Positions 38,589-48,398 are shown, numbered from the stretch's first letter. The stretch is 64,000 nucleotides of DNA from a virus (IMGVR_UViG_3300037255_000025:32001-96000); one strand, 5' to 3'. Numbers and translations: made by a program. The notes: generated from the letters alone by a model not told the origin.

Positions 38589-39827
38589 GTGAGCAAGAGA
38601 ACCTACCCCGCAAAGTGCGCGACCCTGTGCGGCCGCGCGGCCGTCACGGGGCAGAACCTCTGCGCTCGGTGCAAACAACAACTCGTATCCAGGGAAACCA
38701 ACATCATGGCAAAGCGCGGCAACAAGGCTTCCGGTGCAGACAACGCCAAGGGCTACCCGGTCCAGCTCGTAATCGACGGCGAGCGCCAGCTCTCGGTCGA
38801 GGAGATCATCGACCACCTCTTCGAGGTCGCGGCGGACGCGACCTCGCCGGACCAGTACGGGCTCGCGGACCGCGGGACGGCCGAGAACCTCCTCAAGGGC
38901 ATGGGCAAGCCCGGGCGCAACGCTCTCGCCCGCGCGGTCGCGAAGCGCGCGTCCGAGACTCCGGCGACCGTCGCGGCTCCGGTCACGGCGCTCGACCCCG
39001 CAGGCCCGGACGACGACTTCGAGCCGGAGGTCGGCAGCTACGAAGCTCCGGCGGACGTCCCGGAGATCGCCGCTCCCCCGGCGGTGGCAAGCCCGGCGCC
39101 CAAGCCCGCGGCCCCCGCCCCGGTCAGCGACGACGCCCGAACGGCGCGCATCGAAGCCCTGCGGGCCATGACGCACGAGCAGCTCGAGTCCGTTTGGGGC
39201 AAGACGACCCCGGCGAAGGACTCGCTCCTGCGATGTTGGATCGTCATCCGCGAGTTCGGCAATGGAAAGGTGGCAAAGCCGGCCCCCGCGGCCAAGGCCC
39301 CGAAGGCGCCGAAAGCCCCCAAGGCGGCGCCCAAGACCGCGGCCGATCCGGTCGACCCGCGGCTGGCGTTCGCCAAGCTCGTGACGCTCACGTTCGACGC
39401 CTTCAAGGCGCTCCAGGACAAGCGCGGCCAAGAGATCGTCGCGGGCAGCGCGTTCGCGGCGCTCAACGGAGTCGTGAACGCCGTCCTGGATGACGCCGCG
39501 GCGGCCGTCGATGTGCCCGACGGCGACGAGCGCGTGGCCGAGACCGAAGAGATCCAGGTCCACACGGCGGAAAGCCCGGCGGCAAGCGCGCCTCCCGCGG
39601 TCTCCGAGACGCCCGCGGCGGCAAGCGCACCCGAGGCAAAGGCCCCGGGTCGCATCGCCGACATCGCCCCGGCGCACCAAGCGAAGTACATCGACGCCCT
39701 CACGGCCGAGCAGATGCAGGCCCTGACGGTGCTGGACCGCAAGGGCGGGCTCACGACATGCCGCACCGCGGACGGCGCGGTGGTCTCGATCAAGTCCAGC
39801 CACCTCGTGACCCGGACGGCCGCGTGA
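38589..39827 (+). CDS. Ala/Pro/Lys-rich protein
   Basis: N-terminal Cys cluster, KAP repeats; alternative ATG 38706. Confidence 0.65.
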   Translation: MSKRTYPAKCATLCGRAAVTGQNLCARCKQQLVSRETNIMAKRGNKASGADNAKGYPVQLVIDGERQLSVEEIIDHLFEVAADATSPDQYGLADRGTAENLLKGMGKPGRNALARAVAKRASETPATVAAPVTALDPAGPDDDFEPEVGSYEAPADVPEIAAPPAVASPAPKPAAPAPVSDDARTARIEALRAMTHEQLESVWGKTTPAKDSLLRCWIVIREFGNGKVAKPAPAAKAPKAPKAPKAAPKTAADPVDPRLAFAKLVTLTFDAFKALQDKRGQEIVAGSAFAALNGVVNAVLDDAAAAVDVPDGDERVAETEEIQVHTAESPAASAPPAVSETPAAASAPEAKAPGRIADIAPAHQAKYIDALTAEQMQALTVLDRKGGLTTCRTADGAVVSIKSSHLVTRTAA

Positions 39828-39997
39828 AGCTCTTCCGCGACAACCTCTCGCCCGAGGAGCAGGCGGCGTTCCGCCGGTGGGCTCGGGACCACTACAAGGT
39901 CTTCGAGCCCATCCAGGGCGTCTGGCACCCGCTGGTTCAGCAGGAATGCGTCGAGATGAACCGAGAGGCTTCAAGGAACCTCAAGGACGTCTCGTAA
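39824..39997 (+). CDS. small hypothetical protein
   Basis: GTGA overlap; FRRWARDHY..WHP. Confidence 0.55.
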   Translation: MKLFRDNLSPEEQAAFRRWARDHYKVFEPIQGVWHPLVQQECVEMNREASRNLKDVS

Positions 39998-40009
39998 CGC
40001 CAAGATCGT

Positions 40010-40043
40010 TTTCTCTTGTAAAACGACTCGATCCCCATACTAT
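40010..40043 (+). promoter_or_regulatory. divergent early-type promoter 5
   Basis: TTCTC then TTGTAA-N16-TACTAT. Confidence 0.5.
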
Positions 40044-40067
40044 TCTAGATCGGAAGGGACGCGCGCC

Positions 40068-41018
40068 ATGACCGTGTACGCAGTGCCGGAACAAGAAGAC
40101 GCGGGCAGCGTCGTGTACTGGCGTCTCCAGGGCGCAGTCGACCCGGACCACCTGGCAGCCGCGTGGGAGGCCGCGGGGCTCGACCCGGCGGACCTGCCGG
40201 AGCTGCCGTCACCTGCGACGGCGCTCAACCGGACCCTCAAGGCATTCCAGCGAGGCAGGACGCTCATCCGACCGCTCGCGGCCGGTGGCTACGCGGTGGT
40301 CCAGGAGACGGCGCGGCGCGAGGCCCTCGAGTACGACACCGTGCTGACGGCGCGGCTCGACTCGGTGGGGCGGCTGGTCTTCAGCCGCGAGGCCCAGGCG
40401 ACGTGCGACTGCGGCTGGGCCGAGAAGTCCGACGAAGAGCGGGCCACGTCGCTCCACACCAAGGCTTGCGCGGTGCGCGTAGCCGTCGAGGCCGCGGGCG
40501 AGGCCCATCCCTTGGCGCCCGCGATCCGCACCGCCTACGCGACGACGATGAACGAATTGGCGCCGGTCGACGTCGTGCCGTGGCTGGTCGACCTGCTGTA
40601 CCGACGGTGCGACGCCGTGGCGCTCCGAGACCACGGCGGCGTCTACTACGTGCCCCGAACCGGGACCGAGCGGTGGCGCGCGATCCTGGGCGCGATCCGC
40701 GAGGTCAGTCAGCACCGGGTCTTCGAGATCCCCGCGCTGTCCAGCAAGGAGGTGCTGTCGGCCGTGCTGGACGCCGTGGAGCGCGAAGCCGCGCGCGAGG
40801 CGGAGGACATGGCGGCGGAGCTGGCCTCCGGTGTCTCAGAGCGCGTCGCCAAGACCAGGGTCGCGCGGTGCGATGCCGTGGAGCAGAAGGTCACGCGGTA
40901 CGAGGCTATCTTGGGGGAGCGACTCGAGGGCATCCGGGCGAAGCTCGCGGAGCTTCGCGGCGGGCTCGCGAGCGCGATGCTCTCGAACGAGGCGGCCGAG
41001 CAAGCGGCGGCGGAGTAA
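40068..41018 (+). CDS. conserved-looking phage protein (DUF6744/DUF3150-like)
   Basis: GSVVYW.L, GGVYYVP, C-terminal coiled coil. Confidence 0.55.
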   Translation: MTVYAVPEQEDAGSVVYWRLQGAVDPDHLAAAWEAAGLDPADLPELPSPATALNRTLKAFQRGRTLIRPLAAGGYAVVQETARREALEYDTVLTARLDSVGRLVFSREAQATCDCGWAEKSDEERATSLHTKACAVRVAVEAAGEAHPLAPAIRTAYATTMNELAPVDVVPWLVDLLYRRCDAVALRDHGGVYYVPRTGTERWRAILGAIREVSQHRVFEIPALSSKEVLSAVLDAVEREAAREAEDMAAELASGVSERVAKTRVARCDAVEQKVTRYEAILGERLEGIRAKLAELRGGLASAMLSNEAAEQAAAE

Positions 41019-41020
41019 CG

Positions 41021-41659
41021 ATGAACGCTGAAACGGCAGAGATCGCGGCCCGGGTGGTCAACGAGGTCGTGGTCCAGTACGCGTTCCGCGTGCGCGCATG
41101 GTGCGACGAGCGGGACCTAGCGCAGCACGCGTGGGAGGTCGTGATGACGACGCTCGCCGCCGGGGGCCACGACCCCGCGAAGGGCCCGCTGGCCCCCTAC
41201 CTGGCGAACGCGCTGCGACGCCAGCTTGGCGAGCAGCTCGTCCGGCAACACGCGCCCGTCTCCGCCCGGCGTAGCGAGGTGTACAAGCTCCACCCGACCC
41301 GGGGCGAGTCGCTCGAGGGGTTCCAGGACTACGGTGAAAACCGACGATTGGACGGCCGGCAACAAGGCGGCAAACTGAAGCTCACGCCCGAAGCCACGCA
41401 GGAGCCCGTGCGCTGGGTCGACCAGATCCTGGCGGACCGCGAGTGGCACTACCGCGTGTTGACCCGGCTCACGGCCGTCGTAGGCGACGACGGCTTCGAT
41501 GGCCTGTTGGACCTGCTGCGCGAGGGGCCGCGGCGCACCGAGGGCGGAACGCCCGTAACGGGCCGGGCTCCCTGGGACCTCGAACAGTCCCGCGCGACCG
41601 CATGTATCCGGATCGCCCAAGACCCCGAGCTGCGTACGCTCGCGAAGGAGCGCCCGTGA
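41021..41659 (+). CDS. sigma70 region-2-like transcription factor
   Basis: DLAQ..W...HDPAKG.LAPYL...LR..L resembles regions 2.2-2.4 of group-3 sigmas; region 4 not evident. Confidence 0.6.
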   Translation: MNAETAEIAARVVNEVVVQYAFRVRAWCDERDLAQHAWEVVMTTLAAGGHDPAKGPLAPYLANALRRQLGEQLVRQHAPVSARRSEVYKLHPTRGESLEGFQDYGENRRLDGRQQGGKLKLTPEATQEPVRWVDQILADREWHYRVLTRLTAVVGDDGFDGLLDLLREGPRRTEGGTPVTGRAPWDLEQSRATACIRIAQDPELRTLAKERP

Positions 41660-41982
41660 CGACCAAGCTCGGAGACCCCCTGTCGCCCCGCCAGCAAGAC
41701 GCGCTCAAGGCCATCCAGCGCCACATCGCCGCCCGGGGCTACAGCCCGACGATCCGAGAGCTGGGCGAGGCGCTCAACGTCAGCCCTAGCGGGGCTGCGG
41801 CTCTACTCGAGGGCCTGAAACGCAAGGGGGCGATCCGCCGTCACCCCGACAGGGCGCGGACTATCGTGGTCGCCGTTCCTGTCGTCGGTACGCTCTTCTA
41901 CCTCGTCCTAGACGATACCGGCACGCCCCGGGTCTGCCGCGAAGGCGTCAAGGTTGGTCCAGACGGTCGGGTGCCCGCGTGA
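41656..41982 (+). CDS. LexA-like winged-helix DNA-binding protein (no peptidase domain)
   Basis: LSPRQ...GYSPTIREL...L.RKG.I.R....ARTI. Confidence 0.85.
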   Translation: MTTKLGDPLSPRQQDALKAIQRHIAARGYSPTIRELGEALNVSPSGAAALLEGLKRKGAIRRHPDRARTIVVAVPVVGTLFYLVLDDTGTPRVCREGVKVGPDGRVPA

Positions 41983-42752
41983 CCAAGCAGAAGATCACCC
42001 CCGCCGTCGTTGAATCCTCGGAACCGCCGACCTGGCGCACGCTCGCGTTCCCGCTCGACGACCGGCTCCGCGAGCCCCCGGGGCCCAACCCGAACGTCAT
42101 GTCCGAGCAGGACCTCCAGTTGCTCGCGGACAACATGCGCCGGACCGGCTGTGTCCAACCCGTGCTGGCGCGGGTCCTACCCGGGACCGACCTGCCGCCG
42201 TCCGTCCCGGGCAACGACGACGCGCGTTGGCTCGACACCGCCGCGCTCGAGGTCATCGACGGGTCCCACCGGGTCGAGGCCGCGCGGCGCGCGGGGTTCA
42301 CCGAGATCCCCGTGACGGTCGCGAGCTTCTCCGATGAGCGCGCTCGGGCGCTTCGGATCGGCATGAACAAGCTCCGCGGCGAGCTAGACCTGAACGCGGT
42401 CGGCGCGAGCCTGACGCAGCTCGCGGACCTCGCGGCGATCGACGGTGGCCAGGCCGACCTCCAGCTCACGGGCTACGGCGCCGAGGACATCGCGGACCTG
42501 ATCGCGGCCGTGCAGCCGAGCGACGATGAGGCTAACGCGATGGCGGCGCTCGGCGGGGTGTCGAACGACGCCCCGGAGCCCGCGGCGCCCAAAGAGCGAC
42601 GCTACCTGCTGGAAGTGTCGTTCGCGGACAAGGCCCAACGGGACCGCTGCCGGCGGGTGCTCGATGGTCTCGGCGGCGGCGACCTCCGGGCGGGCTTGCT
42701 GCTCGCGCTCGAGCAGGCGGGTGAGGGTGAAGACGAGGAAAAACATGAGTAG
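41979..42752 (+). CDS. ParB/Srx domain protein
   Basis: NPN.M, GCVQPV, VIDGSHRV, MNKLRG. Confidence 0.85.
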   Translation: MTKQKITPAVVESSEPPTWRTLAFPLDDRLREPPGPNPNVMSEQDLQLLADNMRRTGCVQPVLARVLPGTDLPPSVPGNDDARWLDTAALEVIDGSHRVEAARRAGFTEIPVTVASFSDERARALRIGMNKLRGELDLNAVGASLTQLADLAAIDGGQADLQLTGYGAEDIADLIAAVQPSDDEANAMAALGGVSNDAPEPAAPKERRYLLEVSFADKAQRDRCRRVLDGLGGGDLRAGLLLALEQAGEGEDEEKHE

Positions 42753-43068
42753 GATCAAGCGCTTGAGCAAGTCTGACGAAATGATGCGTATGGATGGTTT
42801 CGTGACCGCCATGGAGGTCCATGAGGCCACCGGCCTGGCGCTCAGCGCGATCCACAAGGGCATCGAAGACGGCCGGATCCCGGGCCGGAGCTTGTACGTG
42901 TCCGACAAGTACAGCCACAAGTACGTCGACATCCGCGCATACGTCTCGATGGGACTGTACCGGGGCGCGACCACGATTGAGGCCAACCTGGCCAAGCTGG
43001 TCGCAGCAGTCGACGCCATGAAGGGCAAGTCCGTGGCGTCGACCCCACGGCCCGCATCCGACTCCTGA
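42745..43068 (+). CDS. putative HTH DNA-binding protein
   Basis: TAMEVHEATGLALSAIHKGIEDGRIP. Confidence 0.55.
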   Translation: MSRIKRLSKSDEMMRMDGFVTAMEVHEATGLALSAIHKGIEDGRIPGRSLYVSDKYSHKYVDIRAYVSMGLYRGATTIEANLAKLVAAVDAMKGKSVASTPRPASDS

Positions 43069-43086
43069 CACGCGGGGGCCTTTGCC

Positions 43087-45861
43087 ATGATGATCCGCCT
43101 AACCAACCGGGTCGCGACGTTGGTACGCGCGACGCCCGAGGAGCGCGACTACGTCCGCGGCTACCTGTCGATCCCTGACCCGCAGGCGTTCTTCAAGGGC
43201 AAGGAAGAGGCGACGTACAACCTCTACACCGAGGCCACGTCGTCGTTCTTCGGTGGGTTCCTGCCTGGGCTGCGCAAGGCCGCGGCGGCCGAGGGGTTCA
43301 CGGTCGAGATCGTGGACAACCGGGTCCAGCCGGTCGCGCGCGACCCCGCGGCGGACCTCGCGTGGCTCCGGGACTACCAACGCGAGGCCGTGGACGCCGT
43401 AGACAGCCATGTACATGGCATCATTTGGCAAATTACGGGATGTCTCGTCGGAGACACCTCCCTCGTCGTCAACCGGGGCGGAGCCGCTCGTCCAGTGGCG
43501 CTGAAGACCTTGGTGAGTCGTATGCGTGGGGAAGCTACGCGAAACCACGGCGGTAAGGGACGAACGTGCGCGTGGGACCTCTCGATCCCGACCTACACAC
43601 AATCGGTCGATCCCGAGGGGTATCTCCGCCTCAATCAAATCGTCAACGTCCACGATAACGGGGAGGCGGACGTCTTCTGCCTCAAGCTCACCGACGGGCG
43701 GTCGATCCGCGGAACGGCGGACCACCGCTTTCTTCAAGAAAGCGGCGAGTACACGCGGCTGGGTGACCTAGCCCCGGGCGACGAGGTCATGATCATCGAG
43801 TGGCCCAAGAGCCTGGCCAAGCTCGCGCATCACGACAAGGTCGACGACTACGAGCTGATCGACAAGATGTACAACCACCCGTATGCACAGTGGACGAACT
43901 GGTCGCGCACGGGGAAGCTCGTGCGCGTCCCGAAGCACCGACTCGTTGCCGAGGCCCGCCTGAACAACATCAACCTGTTCGAGCTTGTGGGCCGAATCAT
44001 CCTCAACGAGATTGAGGGCCTGACCTTCCTCGGGCCCGAGGTCCACGTCCACCACAAGGATGAAAACAGGCGAAACAACGACCCCGACAACTTGGAGGTC
44101 CTCCCGCGCAAGGAACACCTCGCGGAGCACGGACGCCGCGGTGGTTGGAAGAACGTGTCCGGTCGCGCGGTTCCCGCCGTCGTCGCGAGCATCACGCCCT
44201 GCGGCCGAGAGCCTGTGTACGACCTGACGATGGCGAGCCCGATGTCGAACTACGTGGCCAACGAGTTCGTCGTCCACAACAGCGGCAAATCGGACGTTGC
44301 GGTGGGACTCACGCGCGCGTTCCCCTGCCACTGGTTGTTCATGGCCCCGAGCCTCTCGTTGGTGAACAGCATGGCGGACCGCTTCGTGTTGCGGAACACC
44401 GAGCACGGAGTCGACCTGGGTGAGCCCGGCCGGATCGGCGAGGGTCGGTGGACCGAAGGCGCCCGCCTGACGTGCGCCACCTACCAATCGATCCAGCGCA
44501 GCCTGGCCAACCCGAGTACGCGGGCACTGCTCGAGCGCACCGGGGGCCTGGTCGTCGACGAGTGCTTCGTCGCGGGCACGCCTGTGGGTGACGTACCCAT
44601 CGAAGCCGTGCGCGTGGGGGACTACGTCCCCTCGTTCGACACGGACGCGGACCCTTGGGACCCGGTCCAGCGTCGTGTCCTGCGGACGATGCGGCGGCGG
44701 CCCGAAGTGCTCACCCGCGTCTGGCTATCGACCGGCGAGAGCTTCGTCTGCACGCCAAGCCATAAGTTCTGGACCCCATGTCGCGCAACAGAGCACCGTT
44801 GGACGCCCGCGGAGTCGCTCGAGGGCCACCTCCTGGTCGACGCCTACGCGGCGCCGGTAGGTGCGCCCCCGCTGGTCCGGGTCGATCGAGTACAGGCGCT
44901 TCACCCCGGGGCCGACGGAACCTTTGAGGGCGCGTGCCCCGACGGGTACGTGTACGACCTCGAAGTCGAAGGGACGCACACGTTCCTGGTGGGGTCCGGC
45001 ATCGTGGTCCATAACTGCCACCAGGTCCCCGCGCGCACGTTTCTGGAAGCGACGAGGGCCTGCAACGCCTACTGGCGTGTAGGGTTGTCGTCGACCCCGA
45101 TGGCCCGTGGCGACATGAAGTCGGCGCTCACGATGGGCGTCACGGGTCCGGTGATCCACCGCTACACGGCCCAGCAGGCCATCGCGGCCGGCGTGGTCTC
45201 GACCGCCCGGGTCCGGATGATCACTGTCAAGCACCCGAACCCCGCGGGCTACACGTACGCTGAGGTTTACCAGGAGCTGATCGCGCGGTCCGCACAGCGC
45301 AACGCGATGGCGGTCGCGGCGTTGAAGAAGGCGGCCAAGCCCGCCATCGCGTTCGTCAAGCACATCCAACACGGCCGGACGCTGCTCAAGCTGCTCCAGC
45401 AGGCGGGCATCTCGGCGGAGTTCGTCTGGGGCACGCACAAGGCCGCGGAGATCGAACGCCACATCAACGACCTGCGCCGCGGCGACACCGAGGTGATCGT
45501 GTCGAGTGCGGTCCTAAGGCAAGGAATTGATGTCCCGGAGCTGCGAACGGTCGTGAACTTGTCGGCGGGTCGGAGCGTCATCGACGTGCTCCAGAAGCTG
45601 GGCCGCGGGTCCCGGGTCGAGCGCGACGCCGCCGGCAACGCGGTCAAGACCTCGTTCGAGCTGGTGGACTTCTACGACATCTCGTCGGAGTGGCTCGAGG
45701 ACCACGCGAAGAAGCGGCGGCGCGCCTACCTCGGCGAGGGCTACTCGGTGGTAGTGGAAGGCGAGATCCCCCGGAAGCACGTGCGGGCCGACCCCGCGCG
45801 GGTGTCTTGGGGCCTGGCCGACGCGCCGGCAAACAAGCGCGAGATCGGTAAGGGGCCCTGA
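43087..45861 (+). CDS. SF2 (UvsW-like) helicase with two inteins
   Basis: LRDYQ, TG|SGKS, DE|CH, GLSST, GIDVP, QKLGRGSR. Confidence 0.92.
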   Translation: MMIRLTNRVATLVRATPEERDYVRGYLSIPDPQAFFKGKEEATYNLYTEATSSFFGGFLPGLRKAAAAEGFTVEIVDNRVQPVARDPAADLAWLRDYQREAVDAVDSHVHGIIWQITGCLVGDTSLVVNRGGAARPVALKTLVSRMRGEATRNHGGKGRTCAWDLSIPTYTQSVDPEGYLRLNQIVNVHDNGEADVFCLKLTDGRSIRGTADHRFLQESGEYTRLGDLAPGDEVMIIEWPKSLAKLAHHDKVDDYELIDKMYNHPYAQWTNWSRTGKLVRVPKHRLVAEARLNNINLFELVGRIILNEIEGLTFLGPEVHVHHKDENRRNNDPDNLEVLPRKEHLAEHGRRGGWKNVSGRAVPAVVASITPCGREPVYDLTMASPMSNYVANEFVVHNSGKSDVAVGLTRAFPCHWLFMAPSLSLVNSMADRFVLRNTEHGVDLGEPGRIGEGRWTEGARLTCATYQSIQRSLANPSTRALLERTGGLVVDECFVAGTPVGDVPIEAVRVGDYVPSFDTDADPWDPVQRRVLRTMRRRPEVLTRVWLSTGESFVCTPSHKFWTPCRATEHRWTPAESLEGHLLVDAYAAPVGAPPLVRVDRVQALHPGADGTFEGACPDGYVYDLEVEGTHTFLVGSGIVVHNCHQVPARTFLEATRACNAYWRVGLSSTPMARGDMKSALTMGVTGPVIHRYTAQQAIAAGVVSTARVRMITVKHPNPAGYTYAEVYQELIARSAQRNAMAVAALKKAAKPAIAFVKHIQHGRTLLKLLQQAGISAEFVWGTHKAAEIERHINDLRRGDTEVIVSSAVLRQGIDVPELRTVVNLSAGRSVIDVLQKLGRGSRVERDAAGNAVKTSFELVDFYDISSEWLEDHAKKRRRAYLGEGYSVVVEGEIPRKHVRADPARVSWGLADAPANKREIGKGP
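43441..44280 (+). mobile_element. intein (280 aa) with HNH homing endonuclease, in Walker A
   Basis: CLVGDT...TADHRF...HRLV...VHHKDENRRNN...NL...VVHN/S. Confidence 0.92.
44563..45015 (+). mobile_element. mini-intein (151 aa) in Walker B
   Basis: CFVAGT...CTPSHKF...VYDLEV..HTF...VVHN/C. Confidence 0.92.
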
Positions 45862-45955
45862 TGCAGTATGTACGCTGGGTCACGTCCACGCACTACTTCT
45901 ACTACCTGGCCTACGCCACCGAAGCGGTAACGCCGCACGGGAGAGGGCGATAACG

Positions 45956-46465
45956 GTGCCGTTCATCCTGTGTAAGCGAAGAGACGCACATCGGTCGCTG
46001 TACCTACACACCTGGCCTACCCCAGGCCAAGTCGCAAAACTGGTCCAACGTTGGGAAGAAATGGGCCCATCCGCGGCAGCATCGGACCCCTACGGCTTTT
46101 GGATCCCCCTTTCAGACCCCCGCGAGCACCATCTCGCTCTTTTGGCGGACCGCTTCGTGTTGCGGAACACCGAGCACGGAGTCGACCTGGGTGAGCCCGG
46201 GCGCATCGGAGAGGGCTCTTGGGATGAATACGCCTGGTGGGGGGACCACCCCGGCGGCGCGAAAGGCTACAAGGACAAGGCCGCGCTCGTGGCGTTGGCC
46301 GAGGCTCGGTTCGCCGCCCTCCCCGAGGTGTTTCATACGTCGAAGGGTCGACCCGTCTGGTGGCCCAAGCTGAAGTCGGTCATCATCGTCGACCAGGCGC
46401 AGGAGATGCTCCGGTACGCCGCCAAGGGCCCGCGCGACGAGTGGGGCCGACCGATCGGGCGATAG
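45956..46465 (+). CDS. hypothetical protein carrying copied helicase segment
   Basis: ADRFVLRNTEHGVDLGEPGRIGEG identical to helicase. Confidence 0.55.
   Translation: MPFILCKRRDAHRSLYLHTWPTPGQVAKLVQRWEEMGPSAAASDPYGFWIPLSDPREHHLALLADRFVLRNTEHGVDLGEPGRIGEGSWDEYAWWGDHPGGAKGYKDKAALVALAEARFAALPEVFHTSKGRPVWWPKLKSVIIVDQAQEMLRYAAKGPRDEWGRPIGR
46143..46200 (+). repeat. 58-bp exact direct repeat of 44372-44429
   Basis: Direct comparison. Confidence 0.95.
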
Positions 46466-46616
46466 CGCCCCGGGTCGCGGCGCTTTACGACCGACCCCGA
46501 ACCGGGGTAGGGTCGCCCTTCGGCCGCGCCGCGGCCCCCGACCTCAAACCCCAAATAGACGTTCGCCCCGGCTCACTTTCCAGGGCAAGCCAGGGCGACG
46601 TCTGACAAGTGACTAT

Positions 46617-48398
46617 ATGACTATACACACGCGTTCGTCGTCGATCAAGCCCGATCCGCATCCCGCGCGGCCTTCGCCGGGCGTCGTCGTAAAGCCCGCG
46701 AACACGAACTGGGAGGTCGCCGGGGGCGAGACACTGCCCGTCGACACCATGGAACGGAAGCTCGGGCGGAACACTTGGGCGGTCTACCGGTGCCTCGCGA
46801 CCTGCCGCGACCCGCGCAACGGGCTCACGCGCATTTGGAACGAGACGATCGCCCGATACACGGGGATCCACCTCGACGTCGTCAAGGATGCGACCGCGAA
46901 GTTGAAGCGGTTGGGCCTCGTCGAGAGCGGCAAGGTCAAGGACGAGCCGGACCTCGGGGTCCTGGGCTTCCGCAACTTCCACCGCCCCGCCCGGGGCATC
47001 TGGCGGGCCCTCAACACGAAGGTCTACGTCCGGCGCATCCGGGGGTCGGCCGCCGTCGGAGCCGTCGGGGCCGACCGGGTCTGGATCCTTCCCGCCGAGG
47101 CAAAGCGCCGCATCACCGCCCCCGACCCGCGGGGGGGCCCGCGACCCGGGGCAGGTCGCCCCAAGGGGTCGGGCAACCTGCGTTACCCCCGCCCCGCCCA
47201 CGGGCCCGCGGGGTGGGGCATCCGGGCATGGATGTGGGACCAAGATCCGAGCTACGTCGCCCCGGTTGAGGTGCTCTCCGGGGTCGATTTCGTCGGTGAC
47301 CAGGATATCAAAAAGCCCCCGACGGGCGACGCCGAAAAGAATCAAAACCACCGTCGACGATCTGATCCGGATCTGGGATCTCCTCCGGATCTGGATCCGG
47401 ATCCGGATTCTTCTTCGAAGAATCCCGCGCGTGCGCGCGAGTTGGATTTTCAGATCCAGAGCCCGGACGGCACGCGGACCGGGTGCACGGATCACGACCC
47501 GATCCAAACCACCGCGACCCCTTCGACGTCGACCGCGGGTAAGATTCCGGGTCCGCCCCCGATGACGAACCCGACGCTCATGACTCCAACGCAGGACCCC
47601 GCCGGGGTTGCGCAGAACCGACCCGAGAACGCGTCGGGGGGTTCCAACCCAAGCGAGACCCTGTCGCGGGTCTCCGGAGCCGTTTACGACCCCGCTACGT
47701 CGGCCGACACCGTACCCACGATGACGCCCGAAGAAGAGCTGGCGTTGCCGATCGGGACGTTCTTGCGACTCGCGGGGTTGCCCCGTACGCCGTCGCTGAA
47801 CGATTTCTTGGTGGAAACTCCGCCCCCCGCGAGGCTCGCGCCGGAGACGACCCCCTACGAGCGTGCGCGGCTTTTGGTTGCGACCTACCTGAGCGGGCTC
47901 GAAAAGCGCTACCCGGACGAACCCATGCGGGACTTTCGCGGCAACCTCGCAAAGTCCAAGCACTACGACAACCTCGTGGCGGCGGCCGCGGCGATGATTC
48001 CGCTCAACGTGGCGCCGGCCGCGTGGGTCTTGTATTCGTTCGATGTCTGGGAGCGCGGCGGCGGTATGCGGACCGGTGTGGTCCCGCCGCCGCGATTCGT
48101 TTTCGACCCGAAGCGCTTGAGCCGTCAGGGCGTCGCGATGTTCAACAAGGTCGAGCTGGACTACCGGGCCGTCCCCAACAAGATCACCGACGAGTTCCGG
48201 GAACTGACGCGCGCGTACAACCGGGCGATGCGGTTGGCGAGCGAGGCGCCGTCGTTGGCGGCCGCGCGTGTCGTGGTCGCGACGACGTTGGCGGAGAGGG
48301 GCTGGGAAACCCTGTTCAAAGCCGCGACCAAGGCGACACAGGTCGCGAGGGCGGCGCTCGCCGCGCGGATCGCTTCGGGCGAGATGGTTTGGGGCTGA
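46617..48398 (+). CDS. putative replication initiator
   Basis: N-terminal HTH-like (ETIARYTG...LKRLGLVE), internal repeat tract, directly upstream of DnaB. Confidence 0.6.
   Translation: MTIHTRSSSIKPDPHPARPSPGVVVKPANTNWEVAGGETLPVDTMERKLGRNTWAVYRCLATCRDPRNGLTRIWNETIARYTGIHLDVVKDATAKLKRLGLVESGKVKDEPDLGVLGFRNFHRPARGIWRALNTKVYVRRIRGSAAVGAVGADRVWILPAEAKRRITAPDPRGGPRPGAGRPKGSGNLRYPRPAHGPAGWGIRAWMWDQDPSYVAPVEVLSGVDFVGDQDIKKPPTGDAEKNQNHRRRSDPDLGSPPDLDPDPDSSSKNPARARELDFQIQSPDGTRTGCTDHDPIQTTATPSTSTAGKIPGPPPMTNPTLMTPTQDPAGVAQNRPENASGGSNPSETLSRVSGAVYDPATSADTVPTMTPEEELALPIGTFLRLAGLPRTPSLNDFLVETPPPARLAPETTPYERARLLVATYLSGLEKRYPDEPMRDFRGNLAKSKHYDNLVAAAAAMIPLNVAPAAWVLYSFDVWERGGGMRTGVVPPPRFVFDPKRLSRQGVAMFNKVELDYRAVPNKITDEFRELTRAYNRAMRLASEAPSLAAARVVVATTLAERGWETLFKAATKATQVARAALAARIASGEMVWG
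47359..47424. repeat. GGATC(C/T) repeat tract, candidate origin iterons
   Basis: Seven GATC in 45 bp plus GATTCTT/AAGAATC inverted repeat. Confidence 0.6.

Noticed and set aside
44372-46222. DGR template/variable repeat pair
   Set aside because: No reverse transcriptase in window; mismatches are synonymous rather than adenine-specific
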